Assembly: GCA_051313645.2 (NCBI GenBank)
Contig: JBNRSN020000038.1
Location: forward strand, 1,984,001-2,048,000
Direction of reading: 5' to 3'
Origin: Centroscyllium fabricii
Lineage: Eukaryota
DNA length: 64,000 nucleotides
Below, one piece after another: positions 12,590 through 26,600 of the stretch (position 1 is the first letter of the stretch; every line of letters begins with the position of its first letter). The position numbers and the translations under genes are program-made. Under the pieces are notes generated by a model. The model was not told the DNA's origin and searched no databases. It was given only the letters and a program-made list of their open reading frames with translations.

Positions 12590-12803
12590 AAAGCAAAATA
12601 CTGCGGATGCTGGAAATCGGAAATAAAAACAGAAAATGTTGGAAATACTCAGCAGGTCAGGCAGCATCTGTGGAGAAAGAAACAGAGTTAACGTTTCAGG
12701 TCGATGACCCTGCGTCAGAACTGGGTCATCGACCTGAAACGTTAACTCTGTTTCTCTTTCCACAGATGCTGCCTGACCTGACTATTTCCAGCATTTTCTG
12801 TTT
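12590..12803. repeat. Penelope-derived palindromic repeat
   Basis: Arms aaacagaaaatg..cagcatctgtgga..gagttaacgtttcaggtcgatgaccc and its reverse complement around a short loop (~12711-12722). Confidence 0.75.
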
Positions 12804-13473
12804 ATACATCACATGAAATTGGAGGTAGGCTTGTGGCATGGTCTGGAAACTGGGGTAATAGTGAATTGAGAGTAAAGGGACGTTCTTTTAGATGCATAAT
12901 CTAAGTACTTTTTTTCTCGAATGGACCCCTACTCACTGTACATATTTCTTATTTTCTCTTCCAATGTGTAGTACCCAATATTTTTACACACTTTCTTAAC
13001 CCATCAGCTTAATTTGTCTTGACTGAGTATTTGTTTATATTGGTCAACTGGCAACAGAACTTGGTGTCATAAGTAAATACAATATGTAGGAGGATACTTG
13101 TAATGTTCACACATGCTGTGTGTGTGGCTGCCAAATAAGTTCCTATAGTGCTTAATTGTCTCCTAGACACACCTTTTTTATGTTTCTCATTGTCTGCTTT
13201 CTGTTGTCAAGCCAGTTTTCAATCCAGCCATTCATTCCATGTATCATTGTTGTCTTGCATTGAGTTCTGATTGCTAGATGCACCTAACTTGGAAATGTAG
13301 GAAACTTCAAAATACAAATATGACAATCCATGTCCACAATTCCCAGAATCCTGTCACTGGAGCAACTAAATTGCAAGGGTAATAAGTCTGACCACTGCCT
13401 TTCAGCCCTACTAAAAGAAACATGCTTGTAAATAACCACCTTGTGTACAACAAAAACTGGTTCTGTTATTGTA

Positions 13474-13994
13474 CAGGTTGTGCACCGAAAATCCGTGTCC
13501 CGAATAGCCGGCAGCTTCAATCTGCCGGCACAAATTGCCCCGACTGCACTGCGCATGCGCAAAATGGCAGCCGCCATCGTGGCTTCAGCGAATGATCTGC
13601 GCATGCGCCGAGCGCATGCGCAGATCATTCAAAACAGCTGCGGGTGTTTTGAATGATCTGCGCATGCGTCACCGGACGGTTAGCGCATGCGCAGATAATT
13701 CAATACGGCCGCCCGTTATTTTTGACAGCTGAGCCCCGTGACTGAGGCGGACAGTCACTAGGCAACAGCTGTCAGCCTGAGTCCCGCTCGGCGGCAGCAG
13801 CAACCCCAAAGGCGATGGAGAGGGACGGCGGACCCGGGCCCGATCTGCGCATGCGCGCACCAGCCAATCGCAATGATGCGCGCGGCCATTTTGAATGGTG
13901 CGCATGCGCAGTGTCCAAACTCGTTCTCCCGGTTTTTTCCATTTCCCGGCACGGGCCTGGTCCCGCCCGTGGCGGATTAATGGTGCACAACCTG
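13474..13994. mobile_element. Tigger/pogo-like MITE, copy 6
   Basis: TA-CAGGTTGTGCACC ... GGTGCACAACCTG-TA. Confidence 0.9.
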
Positions 13995-14327
13995 TATAGC
14001 CAACTAGTGATAGAATTTCTGGATGTTGGCAAACTTGCATCGTTCAGAACGATTGTTTCACCGAGTTGTGGTGTTTGATGGCTAAAGCTTAAACAAGTGG
14101 TTAACTATTTACAAGCATAAAAGAATTGTCAAAGTTTATTATGTATTTCATTTGACAGTTCAAGCCTGGCTTATGGTAATCCAGTGAACCATTTTATAGT
14201 TTTTAGTTTCAAATTCTATCCAAAAATGATTTGATAACCCCCATTAACAGACGTCTCTAGCTTCTATCCTTTTGCACCATTCATGTCTGGTCACCAGTGC
14301 AGGAAACTGATTTGTGCTTTCCCAGTA

Positions 14328-14767
14328 CAGGTACACAACCCTTTATCCGAAAACCTCGGGACCGGGTGGGTCTCGGTTTTCAGATAATTTCGGTTTTTAG
14401 AGTTGGCCCAGTGTGCATGCGCAGATCACATGCTCATGCACATTGACGTGTTTGCGGCCCAGTTCGCAGTCGGGGAACGGCATATCGGCCGTTTATTTCC
14501 TCAGCACGGCATCAACAGCACGAAATCAAGGTAAAATGCACAGATCACATGCGCATGCACATTGGCGTGTTTGTGGCCCAGTTCGCAGTCGGAGAACGGC
14601 ATATCGGCCGTTTATTTCCTCAGCACGGCATCAACAGCACGAAATCAAGGGAAAAACATATTTTTTCTGCTGCAGCTTCAATTTATTTGAGAAAAAAATG
14701 GTTATTTTGGCGCAACTCGGGATGGAGGTTTTTGGAGTTGCGGATAAGGGGTTGTGTATAACCCCTG
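14328..14767. mobile_element. Related Tigger-like MITE with an internal ~119-bp tandem duplication
   Basis: TA-CAGGTACACAACCCTTTATCCG ... CGGATAAGGGGTTGTGTA(taacc)CCTG-TA; duplicated block ~14421-14531 and ~14540-14650. Confidence 0.8.
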
Positions 14768-15411
14768 TATAAAGACTGCCATTCAACTGTTAAGTGATGC
14801 ACAAGATAGTGCTGTGGGAAGGGGGAAGAATCTTTCTTATCCCCCTTCCCAGTGGAGAAACGTGCAAATTTCAACTCTGCACCACCCTTGATTGCAGTCA
14901 AGATCTTGTGTCCTTGGCACAACAAAATAGAGAGAGAATATAGCACCTTTCCCCAGCTCGGGAAGTCCCAAAGTGCTTTTACAGACACTCCATTAATTCT
15001 AAAGTGTACTCACTTGTGAGCAATATACTGCATTACCCTGTCAGCATCTTTGACATTTCAGTTGTTAGATGTATATTTCTGGTACTACATCATTTTTCAA
15101 AGTTGTGTGGTTTTTCCAATGTGGTACATGGTGTCTCTTTGCCCCCCCCCCCCCCATGTTTTGTAGTTTTTAGCTGCCAATTAAACATTTTGGTAAGCTT
15201 GGAAATAAAATTAGTTGCATGCAACATTGTGTGAAATGTTAAAGTGCAGGTGGTGTTTCCTGTATCCGTGTACTGGTTCAATCCCAAAGTCATCTGCTTC
15301 CCATGAAAGTAACTTTACATCAGATGTTTTGACATCCATCCAAAAATCTTCTATTACAGGTACCTTTCTTTCACCTACAGAAAAGCAGCAAAGTTTCTTG
15401 TCAGTGTAGAG

Positions 15412-15656
15412 CAGCGGTCCCCAACCTTTTTTGTACCATGGACCATTTGATGCTAGACAATTTTTCCACGGACCGGGGGCGGGGGGGAAGAATCACGCGC
15501 ATAACACTCTCACTCTGCCTCCGCAATATTTGGCTTTTGTTTTAAAGGTGGGCTCGCAGCGGCATTTGCATTCCGCCTGCGTCTCCTTCTGTGCGGCCCG
15601 GTAAAAATGTTCCACGGCCCGGTACCGGTCCGCGGCCCGGCGGTTGGGGACCCCTG
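15412..15656. mobile_element. hAT-Charlie (MER1-like) MITE
   Basis: TIR CAG(C/G)GGTCCCCAACC; perfect 8-bp TSD GTGTAGAG (15404-15411 and 15657-15664). Confidence 0.92.
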
Positions 15657-17969
15657 GTGTAGAGCACATGATGATCAAATCCACTTATGCAGTCCTGTTA
15701 CAAAACAAATATAACTTTTTTTAAAGGAGGAAAAATGCTGATCGGATTGTTTACTGTAGCATCACAATTGCAAGCACAAGGAGGTGTTTACATTGGTTTG
15801 TATTGGATAAATAATGCTTGATCAATTTACTTATTTGGTTACTTTCCTAACCATATTTACTTGTTCACATTTTATGTGCACTTATGGCATTGTATTTTTC
15901 TGTGAACATAGAGGGTGGTGGGAAGAGGACCTGAATGTAAATTTGCTGAAAATCTAATTAAGCCCATTTCTAAATATTTCATGTTGCTATCAAACCACGT
16001 TAATTAAAATCAGGTGAGTGAGATGTGAAATCCTTTTTTTTTAAAACTGGAGAATTTGCTTAATGAATGCATGGTTTATACTTTATTGTTAATACAAATT
16101 GTATCGGTCATTGTAGCTATTAAGACACCTATCCTGATTGAAGGCCTGCAGCTTAGTTTGCAAATGGGCCTGTCTAGATTCGGTCCACACTTGTTCGCTG
16201 GAGGGTCTTGCTCTGTTTATTGTAACAGTAAACCTAGGGAGTTTTGCAGTTGCAGCATTCTGTCAAATTTAATGATTAGTGAAAACTATCTTGTTGATCT
16301 TGTAATGTGATTTAGCAGAGTCCTTTGAGAAGATGCATTATCTGGTGGTTATGATCAGGATGATAAATGGCAGGCATAGAATTTCAAACTGCTGGACTGA
16401 ACTTGTGCACCAGAGTCGTATATAACTGGTTTGTGTAAGTCAGCAGAACTCCTGAGATTAAAATAATGACCTATTATGTTGGAATTTTAATTTTGTTTGG
16501 TAGCCATTTCTAGCATAGTATGACGTATGTGAAAGGGTAATACAGTTGTGACCTGAAGGTGTATTAGAGGATTTAGGGCAGTAGATTCCTGGGAGATGGA
16601 TGGTTTCTTACTGGCCATAAAATGTAGTAATGCAGAATATTACAACAGAAACGAAGGCCATTCAGAACATTATGTCTGCACCAACTCTCTGGAGAAAGCT
16701 GTCCAATTAGGTCTGTTCCCTGCCCATTTCCCGATTAAGTTTTTCTTTTTCCAAAATATGAATGTTGTAGTACAGTATCTGCTTCATGATCTCTCCCTCC
16801 TTTGCTAATCTAAAATTTATTTTATTTTCTGTATTCAAATAAGGAAATTTAGCTTTTGCTGCACCACTTCTCCCCCTTTTTACCTCTTTTGTGTGAATTT
16901 GTAGATTATTTATTCATCTATTCAAAGTTTCCATTGATCAGTAAGAGATCAAAAAGATATAAAGACATTTAAAGATAACAGAATCCTTACAGATAATAGA
17001 AAAAACATAAAACTGAAAATATAATGGTCAGCATGGATTTCAAAAGGTAAAGCTGTGCTTGACCAACCTTATTGAATAAAGAAGTAACAAAGGTAGGAAG
17101 TGTTCCACAAGGATTGGAGCTGTGCCTCTGCTGGCTCAAAACTGGGCCAAGTCTGAATTGGGTCGTCCTGTAAAATTAATACATTATATTTATAGCTAAT
17201 AGCTGGAGTTGTCACAAGGCAATTGTCTATTGGAATTTTGATGACTGCAGCACCATTTGAGTTTTGTTCTCACTGTTTGACATAAGTCTCTAAGTTAAGT
17301 AGGGACATCAATCTATGATGAATATTGTGTAATACACTACAGGTATATTGTCTAGATTTTTGGAGTAATTCTTCAACTGCCTTGTAAACTATGTCTAACA
17401 AAGCGGTAATGTTCCAAATATAAATTTAGTTTACTCTATACTTTTATCATTCCATAATTATGCTGTAAATACGGAACCATAATGCTGCTTCATTGTATGG
17501 TATATATGGACTTTCAGAAGGCATTTGACAAAGTACCACACAGGAGGCTTGTTCAGCAGATAGAAGCCCATGGAATTGAGGGGTAAGTGGCGATATGGAT
17601 ACGGAATTCGCTCAGTGACGGGAAGCTAAGGGTGGTGGTGAATGGCTCTTTTTCAGACTGGTTTGCAGGGATGTTCCCTCAGGGTCAGTTTTGGCTCCAT
17701 TACTCTTCGCAATTTTTATAAATGGCCTAGACTCGGGTGTAGGGAGCAGAATTATGAATTTTGCAGATGATATGAAACTTGGCAACATTGCAGTTAGTGA
17801 TGAGGATAGTTGTAGACTTCAGGATAACCTGCGCAGGATGGTGAATTGGGCAGAAGCATGGCAGATGGGATTCCATGTGGAGAAGTGTGAAGTGATGCAC
17901 TTTGGGAGGACTAAGATGGAAAGACAGTATACTATAACTGGCTGACTTTGAAAAGTGTAGATGAGCAGA

Positions 17970-19088
17970 CAGGGCGTGACAAAACTGCTTGCCCGGGGCA
18001 AGCAAAATGCGCCGTCGGGCAAGCAAAACAAAATTGGACTTGCCCGACCGGGCAAGTGCTGTGGATCCCACCCTGGAGGCGAGTGCGGATTGGCCGGGGG
18101 TTGCGGCGGCGATTGGAGGAGGCGGCGTGTCAATCGCGAGGGGCAGCAATCATGTTAGGTGGAGCGGGCTGGTGGCAGCAACAGTGGGTCGGTAACAACA
18201 GCAGAAAGTGCGGGGGGGGGGGGGGGGGTGGGCTCAGCGTGCCGGGCAGCATCGGGGGGGCTCGGTGGGCCAGGCAGCGTCGGCAGGCGGGGGTTCGGCG
18301 GGCCAGGCAGCATCGGGGAGAGAGGTGTGGAGTCGGATGTTTCGGGTTGGGACCCTTTGAGAGGCGCTGGGATTCCTGCTCCTCCAGGCAGCTGGGAGTG
18401 TCCAAGTGCCGGGTTCAATCCCTTTGTGAGGTTCAGGGGCACTGACACCCAGCGACCGCGTCCAGGAACACTGGCACCCAGAGACCGAATCCAGGGACAC
18501 TGGCATCCAGGGACACTGGCACCCAGAGACCAAATCCAGGGACATTGACTGACTCCCAGAGACCACATCCAGGGACACTGACACCCAGAGACCAAATCCT
18601 GGGACAGTCCAGGGCGCGACAAAACCGCTTGCTCGCTCGATGATCGAGGGCATGGGTGGGTGGATCCCGCCCTGGAGGTGGGTGCGGATTGGCCGGCGGG
18701 GCCGGGCGGTACGGCGGGGATTGGAGGAGGTGGTGTGTCAATCGGGGCGGGGCAGCATTTGGGTTAGGTGGAGTGGGCTGGTGGCGTGCGGCAAGAGTGG
18801 GTCGGCGCCGTCGACTGCTGGACGAAGGTAGGTGGAAAGAGAGTGAGGGGGCCTGCGGAGGCTTCACAGAAAGTTTGGTAAATGAGGGAAGAGTAGAGAG
18901 AGAGAGACCCTGGCAGAGAGGGGTAGAAACCAGGCCATCGCAACTAAAGGCACAATCCCAATTTAGGGCTTTATATTGAAGCATTTTAATAAAAATGTAA
19001 AATCTTTATTTATTTCTTAAAAAATTTCAGGCAAGTGAAATTTGTGCTCGGGCAAGTGTTTTAGAAATGTTTGTTTTGTAGCAACCTG
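17970..19088. mobile_element. Non-autonomous DNA transposon with 5-bp TSD (hAT5-like?)
   Basis: Imperfect TIR CAGG-N5-ACAAAAC, TSD GCAGA (17965-17969 and 19089-19093), GGGCAAG subterminal repeats, internal ~29-bp minisatellite 18440-18610. Confidence 0.75.
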
Positions 19089-19453
19089 GCAGAGACCTTG
19101 GTGTCCATATACACAAATCATTAAATGTGGCAGGGCAAGTTGACAAGGTGGTTAAAAAGCATATGGGTTACTTGGGTTACTTGGAGGAATAGAATATAAA
19201 AGCAAATAGATCATGCTAGAACTTTATAAATCACTGGTTAGACCTCAGCTGGAGTATTGTGGACAATTCTGGGCAGCACACTTCAGGAAAGATGTAAAGG
19301 CCTTAGAAAGGGTACAGAGGAGGTTTACCAGGGATGAAGGACTTCAGTTATGAGGAGAGGTTGGAAAAGCTAGGACTGTTCTCCTTGGAACAGAGAAGGT
19401 TAAGAGGTGACCTAATAGAGGTTTTCAAGATGGTGTGAGGTTTTGATAGAGTA

Positions 19454-19878
19454 CAGGTTGAGCACTGTTAATCCGTTACCCGAAAAACCAGCAACTTCGA
19501 ACGTCCGACAATAATTTCCCCGACTGCCCTATGCATGCGCAAAATGGCCACCGCGATCGATGCTTCGGTGAATTATCTGCGCATGCACCGCCGAACGGCA
19601 AGCGCATGCACACATCATTCACAATGGCCGAGCCAATCCCAAGCCGAGCCTCCCCGAGCCTGGCTGCTGCGAGCCTCCCCGAGCCTGGCCGCTGCGAGCC
19701 TCCCCGAGCCGGGTCTCCCCGAACGATAAGCGTGTGCGCAGACCGCTCAAAATAGCCGCCGGCCTTTCGCGGTGGCCATTTTGAATGGTCTGCGCTCGCC
19801 AAAGCTTCAATCGTTCGGGATTTTCACTTTCCTGGCACGGGCCTGGTCCCGCCCGTGCCGGATTAACTGCTCAGCCTG
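19454..19878. mobile_element. Tigger/pogo-like MITE, copy 7 (inserted in CR1)
   Basis: TA-CAGGTTGAGCACTGTTAATC ... GATTAACTGCTCAGCCTG-TA. Confidence 0.85.
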
Positions 19879-20803
19879 TAGTTAGAGAAAAACTTCCCTC
19901 TGGCGAGTGGGTCAATAGGCCATAGATTTAAAATCATTGGCAAAAGATCTAGAGGGGAGATGAGGAGAATTATTTTCACCAGAGTTGTCGGGGTCCTGAA
20001 AAGGTGGTGGAAGCTGATAACATAATTTTAAAAGGGAGCTGGACAGGTACTTGAGGATGAGCAACTTACAGGGTTACGGATAAAAAGTGCAGATGTGAGG
20101 CTAAGCTCTTTCAAAGAGCCAGAACAGGCACGACCAGCCGAATGGCCTCCTCCTGTGCTGTAAGTTTCTATGAATTTGTTAACCAGTATTAAATGATCAA
20201 ATATAATTTTACAGTTGCGTTGTGCCTGATACTGCCAAATTATTGCGCAATGACAGCAGTTCACTTCATTTGAGTATGAGGGAGACCTGCATTGTTGGAG
20301 CATCTTTCAGATGAGACTTTAAAACCATTTGCCTGTTCAGGTGGATGTAAAATGTATGTTTTTTTGGAAGCCGAGTAGGAACAGGGAGACCTCTGGGTCT
20401 TGGCCAACATGCCTCAGATTGTCTAGTCATTCATCTCTTCACAGTTTCACTTGGATCGTGAACTGTTTGACCATGAAGGGCATCACAGCCAAGCCTCGTT
20501 CTATCTCCAGGTGGTGCTCTTGGCTCTGCATTTTCCAGCAGGAGCCAGTCGAGCTACTGCGAATTATGGGTGACTTCTCTCTAACCCAGGGACACATTGA
20601 CCCATTGTTAAATATTTGTATTTGTGTATATATAATACAATTTTGGTGATGTACTAGTGAACTATAAAGTGTTGAATACTTGGCATATTGTCCTCTGGAT
20701 TTGAGCATACAACTATGATGATGTGGCTGTAATGGGCTTACTTGATTCTCATTTTCAGAATAATTTGCCTGAGAATTGTGCATGGTTCTACTAAATAGTA
20801 ATA

Positions 20804-21519
20804 CAGGTTGAGCACCGTTAATCCGTGTCCCGAATACCCGGCAGCTTCAGTCTGCCGGCACAAATTGCCCCGGCTGCACTGCGCATGCGCAAAATGGCAG
20901 CCCCCATCGTGGCTTCAGCGAATGATCTGCGCATGCGCCGAGCGCATGCGCAGATCATTCAAAACAGCTGCGGGTGTTTTGAATGATCTGCGCATGCGTC
21001 ACCGGACGGTTAGCGCATGCGCAGATAATTCAATACGGCCGCCCGTTATTTTCTCGACAGCTGAGCCCCGTGACTGAGGCGGACAGTCACTAGGCAACAG
21101 CTGTCAGCCTGAGTCCCGCTCGGCGGCAGCAGCAACCCCAAAGGCGATAATGCGGAGGTGCCGGTGTTGGACTGGGGTGGACAAATGCAAAAAGTCTCAC
21201 AACACCAGGTTTAAAGTCCAACGTTTTATTTTAAATCACAAGCTTTCGGAGCTCCGAAAGCTTGTGATTTAAAATAAAACGTTGGACTTTAAACCTGGTG
21301 TTGTGTGACTTTTTGCATTTGTCCAAAGGCGATGGAGGGGGACGGCGGACCCGGGCCCGATCTGCGCATGCGCGCGCCAGCGAATCGCAATGCTGCGCGC
21401 ATGCGCGCAGCCATTTTGACTGGCGCGCATGCGCAGTGTCCAAACTCGTTCTCCCGGTTTTTTCCATTTCCCGGCACGGGCCTGGTCCCGCCCGTGCCCG
21501 ATTAACGGTGCTCAACCTG
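20804..21519. mobile_element. Tigger/pogo-like MITE, copy 8, with nested Penelope palindrome
   Basis: Perfect TIRs and TA TSD; nearly identical to copy 6 except for the insertion. Confidence 0.9.
21149..21322. mobile_element. Penelope-derived inverted-repeat insertion
   Basis: Near-perfect palindrome centred on ttcggagctccgaa (~21252); CCAAAGGCGAT duplicated at 21138-21148 and 21323-21333. Confidence 0.8.
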
Positions 21520-23620
21520 TAGTGTTAATGCATAAGCTCCAGTTTATAAAATGTGTTGGTTTATGTTTACAGCATCATTAAAAATATCACTTCGTGTGGT
21601 GTGTGTTTTTGCAGTGTAAGTGTGCTCAATGTTCAGTGTGGCTCTGACTACTTGGATTAGTGCAAAAGCGCTGGTGTATTAAGGTTACTAAATTTAAGAT
21701 TGCTAAATTAATGTTGAAAGTACTTCATAGCTTGCCCAAACTACCACACTACCTTTGCTGAGCTTTGGTAGTAAGTTGCAGGGCAATACAATCACAAATT
21801 TGATGTGTAACATTTTTGTGACTGGTAGACTGCTGGTGTGAAAATGGTGCTGTAAACCAAAGTGGTTTAGACGCATAATATGTGTCACTCCAAAAATGCG
21901 CGGTATTTAAAATGTTGGTGCCAAGTCTGACCTGGCTATTCAGCCTTCAACATACTCGGCGTGTTGTTTTAGAGGGACATCTGTTGACAAAACTTAAAAA
22001 TGAAGAGCGCTTTTAAAAACTTTTGAAATTAAGGTGGTTTTGTAGGCGTTGATAACTGTAACACTCCGGTTTTGAGCAGGTTAACCACAGGCCTTTTCAA
22101 CTGTCGCAAATTAAAAAAGGCATGTTGATGTACATTATGCTGTATCAGCATTTGTCTTTCTAGAAATTATATTTCTTGTATTGCTTTACCCAATTATGTG
22201 TTTTACTGCCTGAAAAGTATTCACTTCACATGAAGCCTTATGTAAAATTAATAGTTCTTATATTAAAATGGTGGGAATTAAATATGAACATACTTCGTTA
22301 AATATATTTCGAAGTGCGTAGTGATTGCATTCTGCAGCTCAGATGCATGGGTGCATTAAGGCTTGCAGAATTGATGAAGCTAGTGTTTTCATACCTTAAA
22401 TCAAATCCTGTGCTTCCAACCACAGCAGTGTGAAAACTAGCCAGGTTAATCACTTGCCGAATGTTTCCCACAGATCAACACCCTCCCTCTGTGCACTGAG
22501 AAGTTTAATTGAATACTGATGATTGGCAGAGATTAGGGGCTGGATTTTGACACTGGGGTGGGCTGGGGTTGTGTAATCCGCATTTCGTGTTAGCTACCCG
22601 ATTCTACATCGATGTGGGAAAATGATGCTATTTTAACTTAATTGACCAATTGAGTTCCAACGTGTGGGAACCCATGGCCAATGAGTTTTTCCAGTCTGAA
22701 AGTTACCCCCGATGATGTCATCATTGCTGCTGCATTTAAGGTCTGCAACAAGCCTTGCTTCTTCTGCAGACTGCCAACCTTTTGACCTTTGCAGTGAGAG
22801 GCACCTGCAGGAAGAATGGCCAGCCAGAGACCCAGGTCTGAACCCCACTTCGATAACGTTGCCCTGCAGGCTTTAGCAGAGGGAGCAAGTGCACATAAAG
22901 AGGTGCTCTTCCCTTCTTCAGGGAGGAAGAAGCCTCCCCAGCAAACCAAGGCTGTGCGGATCCAGGTGGCAGAGGAGATCAACTCTTTGTCAGTAACCTG
23001 CAGAACCTGGATTCAGTGCAGGAAGAGATTTCATGACCTTCTGCGCACTGGAAAAGTGAGAATTTCCCATCACCCTCAATCTGATCCCCATTGCCTCTCC
23101 TCACCACTCAGCTTTTGGAATCTCTTCTTCCACATCCCACTTGACACTGACACCCACTTGACACTGACATCCATGCACCCTTATCCATTCCCTCGCTCTC
23201 TATGGTCACATACACCTAACTATCTGACTATGCAGCCCTCACACTCCCTATCACTGTGATGCTATGAAAGCAACTTGCAACACACAGGGAGGGCCCTTGG
23301 TCTTGCCACCTCACTCCATATTTGTCGTCTCCTAAGCATCTATGCTATGGATTCTCTACACTCACTACTTCTTTCTCACTCAACCTCCACTTGTCTCCCT
23401 CACTGCAGGAAAAGAGAGCTCTCAATAAGAGATAAAGAGCGAGGACAGGAGGAGGGCTACCCTCAGTAGCCCACCTCACCCCCTGAGAGGAAGCGGTCCT
23501 GAAGATCGTGGGACTGGAGGACGATGCACAAGTGGGGGACAGACAGACTGGTGCATCACAGCAAGCTGGTGACAGAATAGTTTTCCATCTCTCTCATTGA
23601 CATTGCATGAGTCGCTGATA

Positions 23621-26600
23621 ATCATAGAATCATAGAATCATAGAAATTTTACAGTGCGGATAAGGGCCATTCGGCCCATCCAGTCCGCACCGGCCCAGGA
23701 AACTCCTCGCTATACTAACCCCATTTGCCCGCACCTGGCCCATAACCCTGTATGTTATGGTCCTTCATGTGCTGGTCCAAATATTTTTTAAATGTTGCGA
23801 TGGTTTCTGTTTCCACCACCCTTACAGGCAGGGAGTTCCAGACTTCCACCACCCTCTGGGTAAAGAAATTTCTCCTTACCTCCCCCCTAAACCTCCCTCC
23901 CCTAATCTTGAATCTATGTCCCCTAGTACTTGACTCTCCCACCAATGGAAACAATGCCCCTTTATCTACCCTATCGTGTCCTCTCATGATCTTGTAGACC
24001 TCAATCATGTCACCCCTCCACCTTCTCTTCTCCAGGGCAAACAACCCCAGCCTGTCCAGCCTCTCTTCGTAGCATAAGTCCCCCAGACCAGGTATCATCC
24101 TGGTAAACCTTCTCTGCACCCTTTCCAGGGCAACCACGTCCTTCCTGAAGTGCGGTGACCAGAACTGCACACAGTACTCCAGCTGGGGTCTCACCAGTGT
24201 ATTATACAAGTTTAACATTACCTCCCTACTTTTGTATACTATGCCCTGGTTAATAAAGGCCAGAATTCCGTATGCCTTCTTAACCACCTTGTTAACGTGT
24301 CCAGCAACCTTCAGGGAGCTGTGCACCTGTACCCCTAGGTCCCTCTGTTCCTCGGTCCTATTTAACGTTTTGTTGTTCATGGTATATTCCCTTACCCCAT
24401 TTGGTCTACCGAATTGAATGACCTCGCATTTCTCTGGGTTGAACTCCATTTGCCATTTTTCTGCCCAATTAACCATTAGATCTATATCCTCCTGAAGCCC
24501 CTTACTGTCCTCATCGTTGTTTACCACCCTTCCGATTTTCGTATCATCAGCGAATTTGCTGATCATACCCCCTACTCCCATATCCAAATCGTTGATGTAT
24601 ACTAGAAACAGTAAGGGTCCCAAAACCGATCCCTGGGGGACACCACTGGTTACTGGTTTCCAGTCACAGAAGCAGCCCTCTACCATTACCCTCTGTCTCC
24701 TATCCCCTAGCCAATTTTCGATCCACTGTGCCAAGTTGCCCTGAATCCCGTGCGCTCTAACCTTTGTTATTAGTCTCCTATGTGGGACTTTATCAAAAGC
24801 TTTGCTAAAGTCCATATACACTACGTCCACAGTACTCCCTTCATCCACCCTCTTTGTTACCTCCTCAAAGAATTCCAACAGGTTAGTCAGGCACGACTTA
24901 CCTTTGACGAAGCCATGCTGACTGTCCCTTATGAGACCCTGTTTGTCCAAATGCGAGCTGATTTTGTCCCTCAGAATTTTTTCCATTACTTTCCCTACTA
25001 CAGATGTAAGACTGATTGGCCTATAGTTACCCGGTTTGTCCCTACTACCCTTTTTAAACAGGGGTACTACATTAGCCGTTCTCCAGTCCTCAGGTACATC
25101 CCCTGACGCGAGAGAGGTCCTGAAGATTTGAGACAGGGGGCCCGCAAGCTCTTCCCTGGCCTCGAACAGCAGCCTGGGGAACATTGCGTCCGGCCCTGGT
25201 GATTTGTCCACCTTTAAGCCTCCCAAGATTTCTAAAACTTCTTCCCTTGTAGTGGTAATATCCTTGATTACCCCCCCTACACTCTGTCCGATTTCGATGT
25301 CGGTATCGTCCCTCTCTTTTGTGAATACTGAAGAGAAGAATTCATTTAGTACCTCCCCCACCTCCTCAGGCTCGACGCACAGCTTTCCGCTATCGTCCTT
25401 AATGGGCCCCACTCTTTCCCTCGTGATCCTTTTGTTTTTTATATAACCATAAAAAGCCTTAGGGTTTTCCTTGATTTTACTGGCCATTGTAATCTCATGA
25501 CCTCTCTTGGCTTTTCTTATCTCCTTCTTTAAATCACCCCTATATTTCTTATACTCCCCTAGTGCCTCCTCGGTTTTTAGCCGTTTATATTCATTGAAAG
25601 CCCCCCTTTTTTTCTTCATTAATTTACATATATCCCTAGACATCCAAGGTTCCCTTTGTTTGCCTCCCCCACCCTTAATTTTTGCAGGAACATGTTCCTC
25701 CTGTATCTTCCCGACTTCCCTTCTGAAGGCCTCCCACTGCTCTGATGCAGATCTTCCTCTGAGAAGATGGCCCCAGTCTACTGCGGCTAAATCGTTCCTA
25801 ATTTTATTGAAATCCGCCTTCCCCCAGTTTAGTACTTTTACCCCTGGTCCATTTTTATCTTTCTCCATTACAATTTTGAAACTAACTGAATTGTGGTCGC
25901 TATCCCCGAAGTGCTCCCCCACTGTTACCTCCTCAATCTGACCACCCTCGTTCCCAAGTATTAGGTCTAGTACCGCCCCCCCCCTTGTAGGTGACCCAAC
26001 ATATTGTTTCAAAAAATTTTCCTGGCTGCATTGTAAAAATGCTGAACCTTCCGTGCCCCTCACACTTTGATTTTCCCAGTTGATATTGGGGAAATTGAAG
26101 TCCCCTAATATTGTTACTTTATTATTTTCACTTATCTTCGTGATTTGTTCACATATCTTATCCTCTACCTCCCCTTTACTGTTTGGTGGTCTATAATATA
26201 CTCCCAGTAAGGTGCCCCCCCCCCCTTTTTATTTTTTACCTCCACCCATAGTGCCTCGTTTGAGGATTCGTCCATTAGGTCGACCCGCCTAATGGCTGTG
26301 ATTGAATCCTTAATCAGTATCGCTACCCCCCCTCCCCTTTTTCCCTCGTCTCTGTCCCGCCTGAAAATTCTATACCCCGGAATGTTTAGCTGCCATTCTT
26401 GCCCCTCTTTTAGCCACGTCTCCGTGATAGCTACTATATCATATTCCCATGAGTCAACCAATACCTTTAACTCATCCACTTTGTTAGTCAGACTCCTTGC
26501 GTTAAAGTATATGCCTTTCATTCTCTGTCCTAACACTACCTTGTTTTGCTGTCTAGTCTGCTTTCCTTTATTAGGTTGTGTTCCCCTATCCATTATACCT

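Larger units (their letters stand above)
17497..20172 (+). mobile_element. Degenerate CR1 LINE interrupted by two DNA transposons
   Basis: YMDFQKAFDKVP, FADD, RPQLEY and 3' UTR; sequence resumes across both insertions. Confidence 0.85.
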
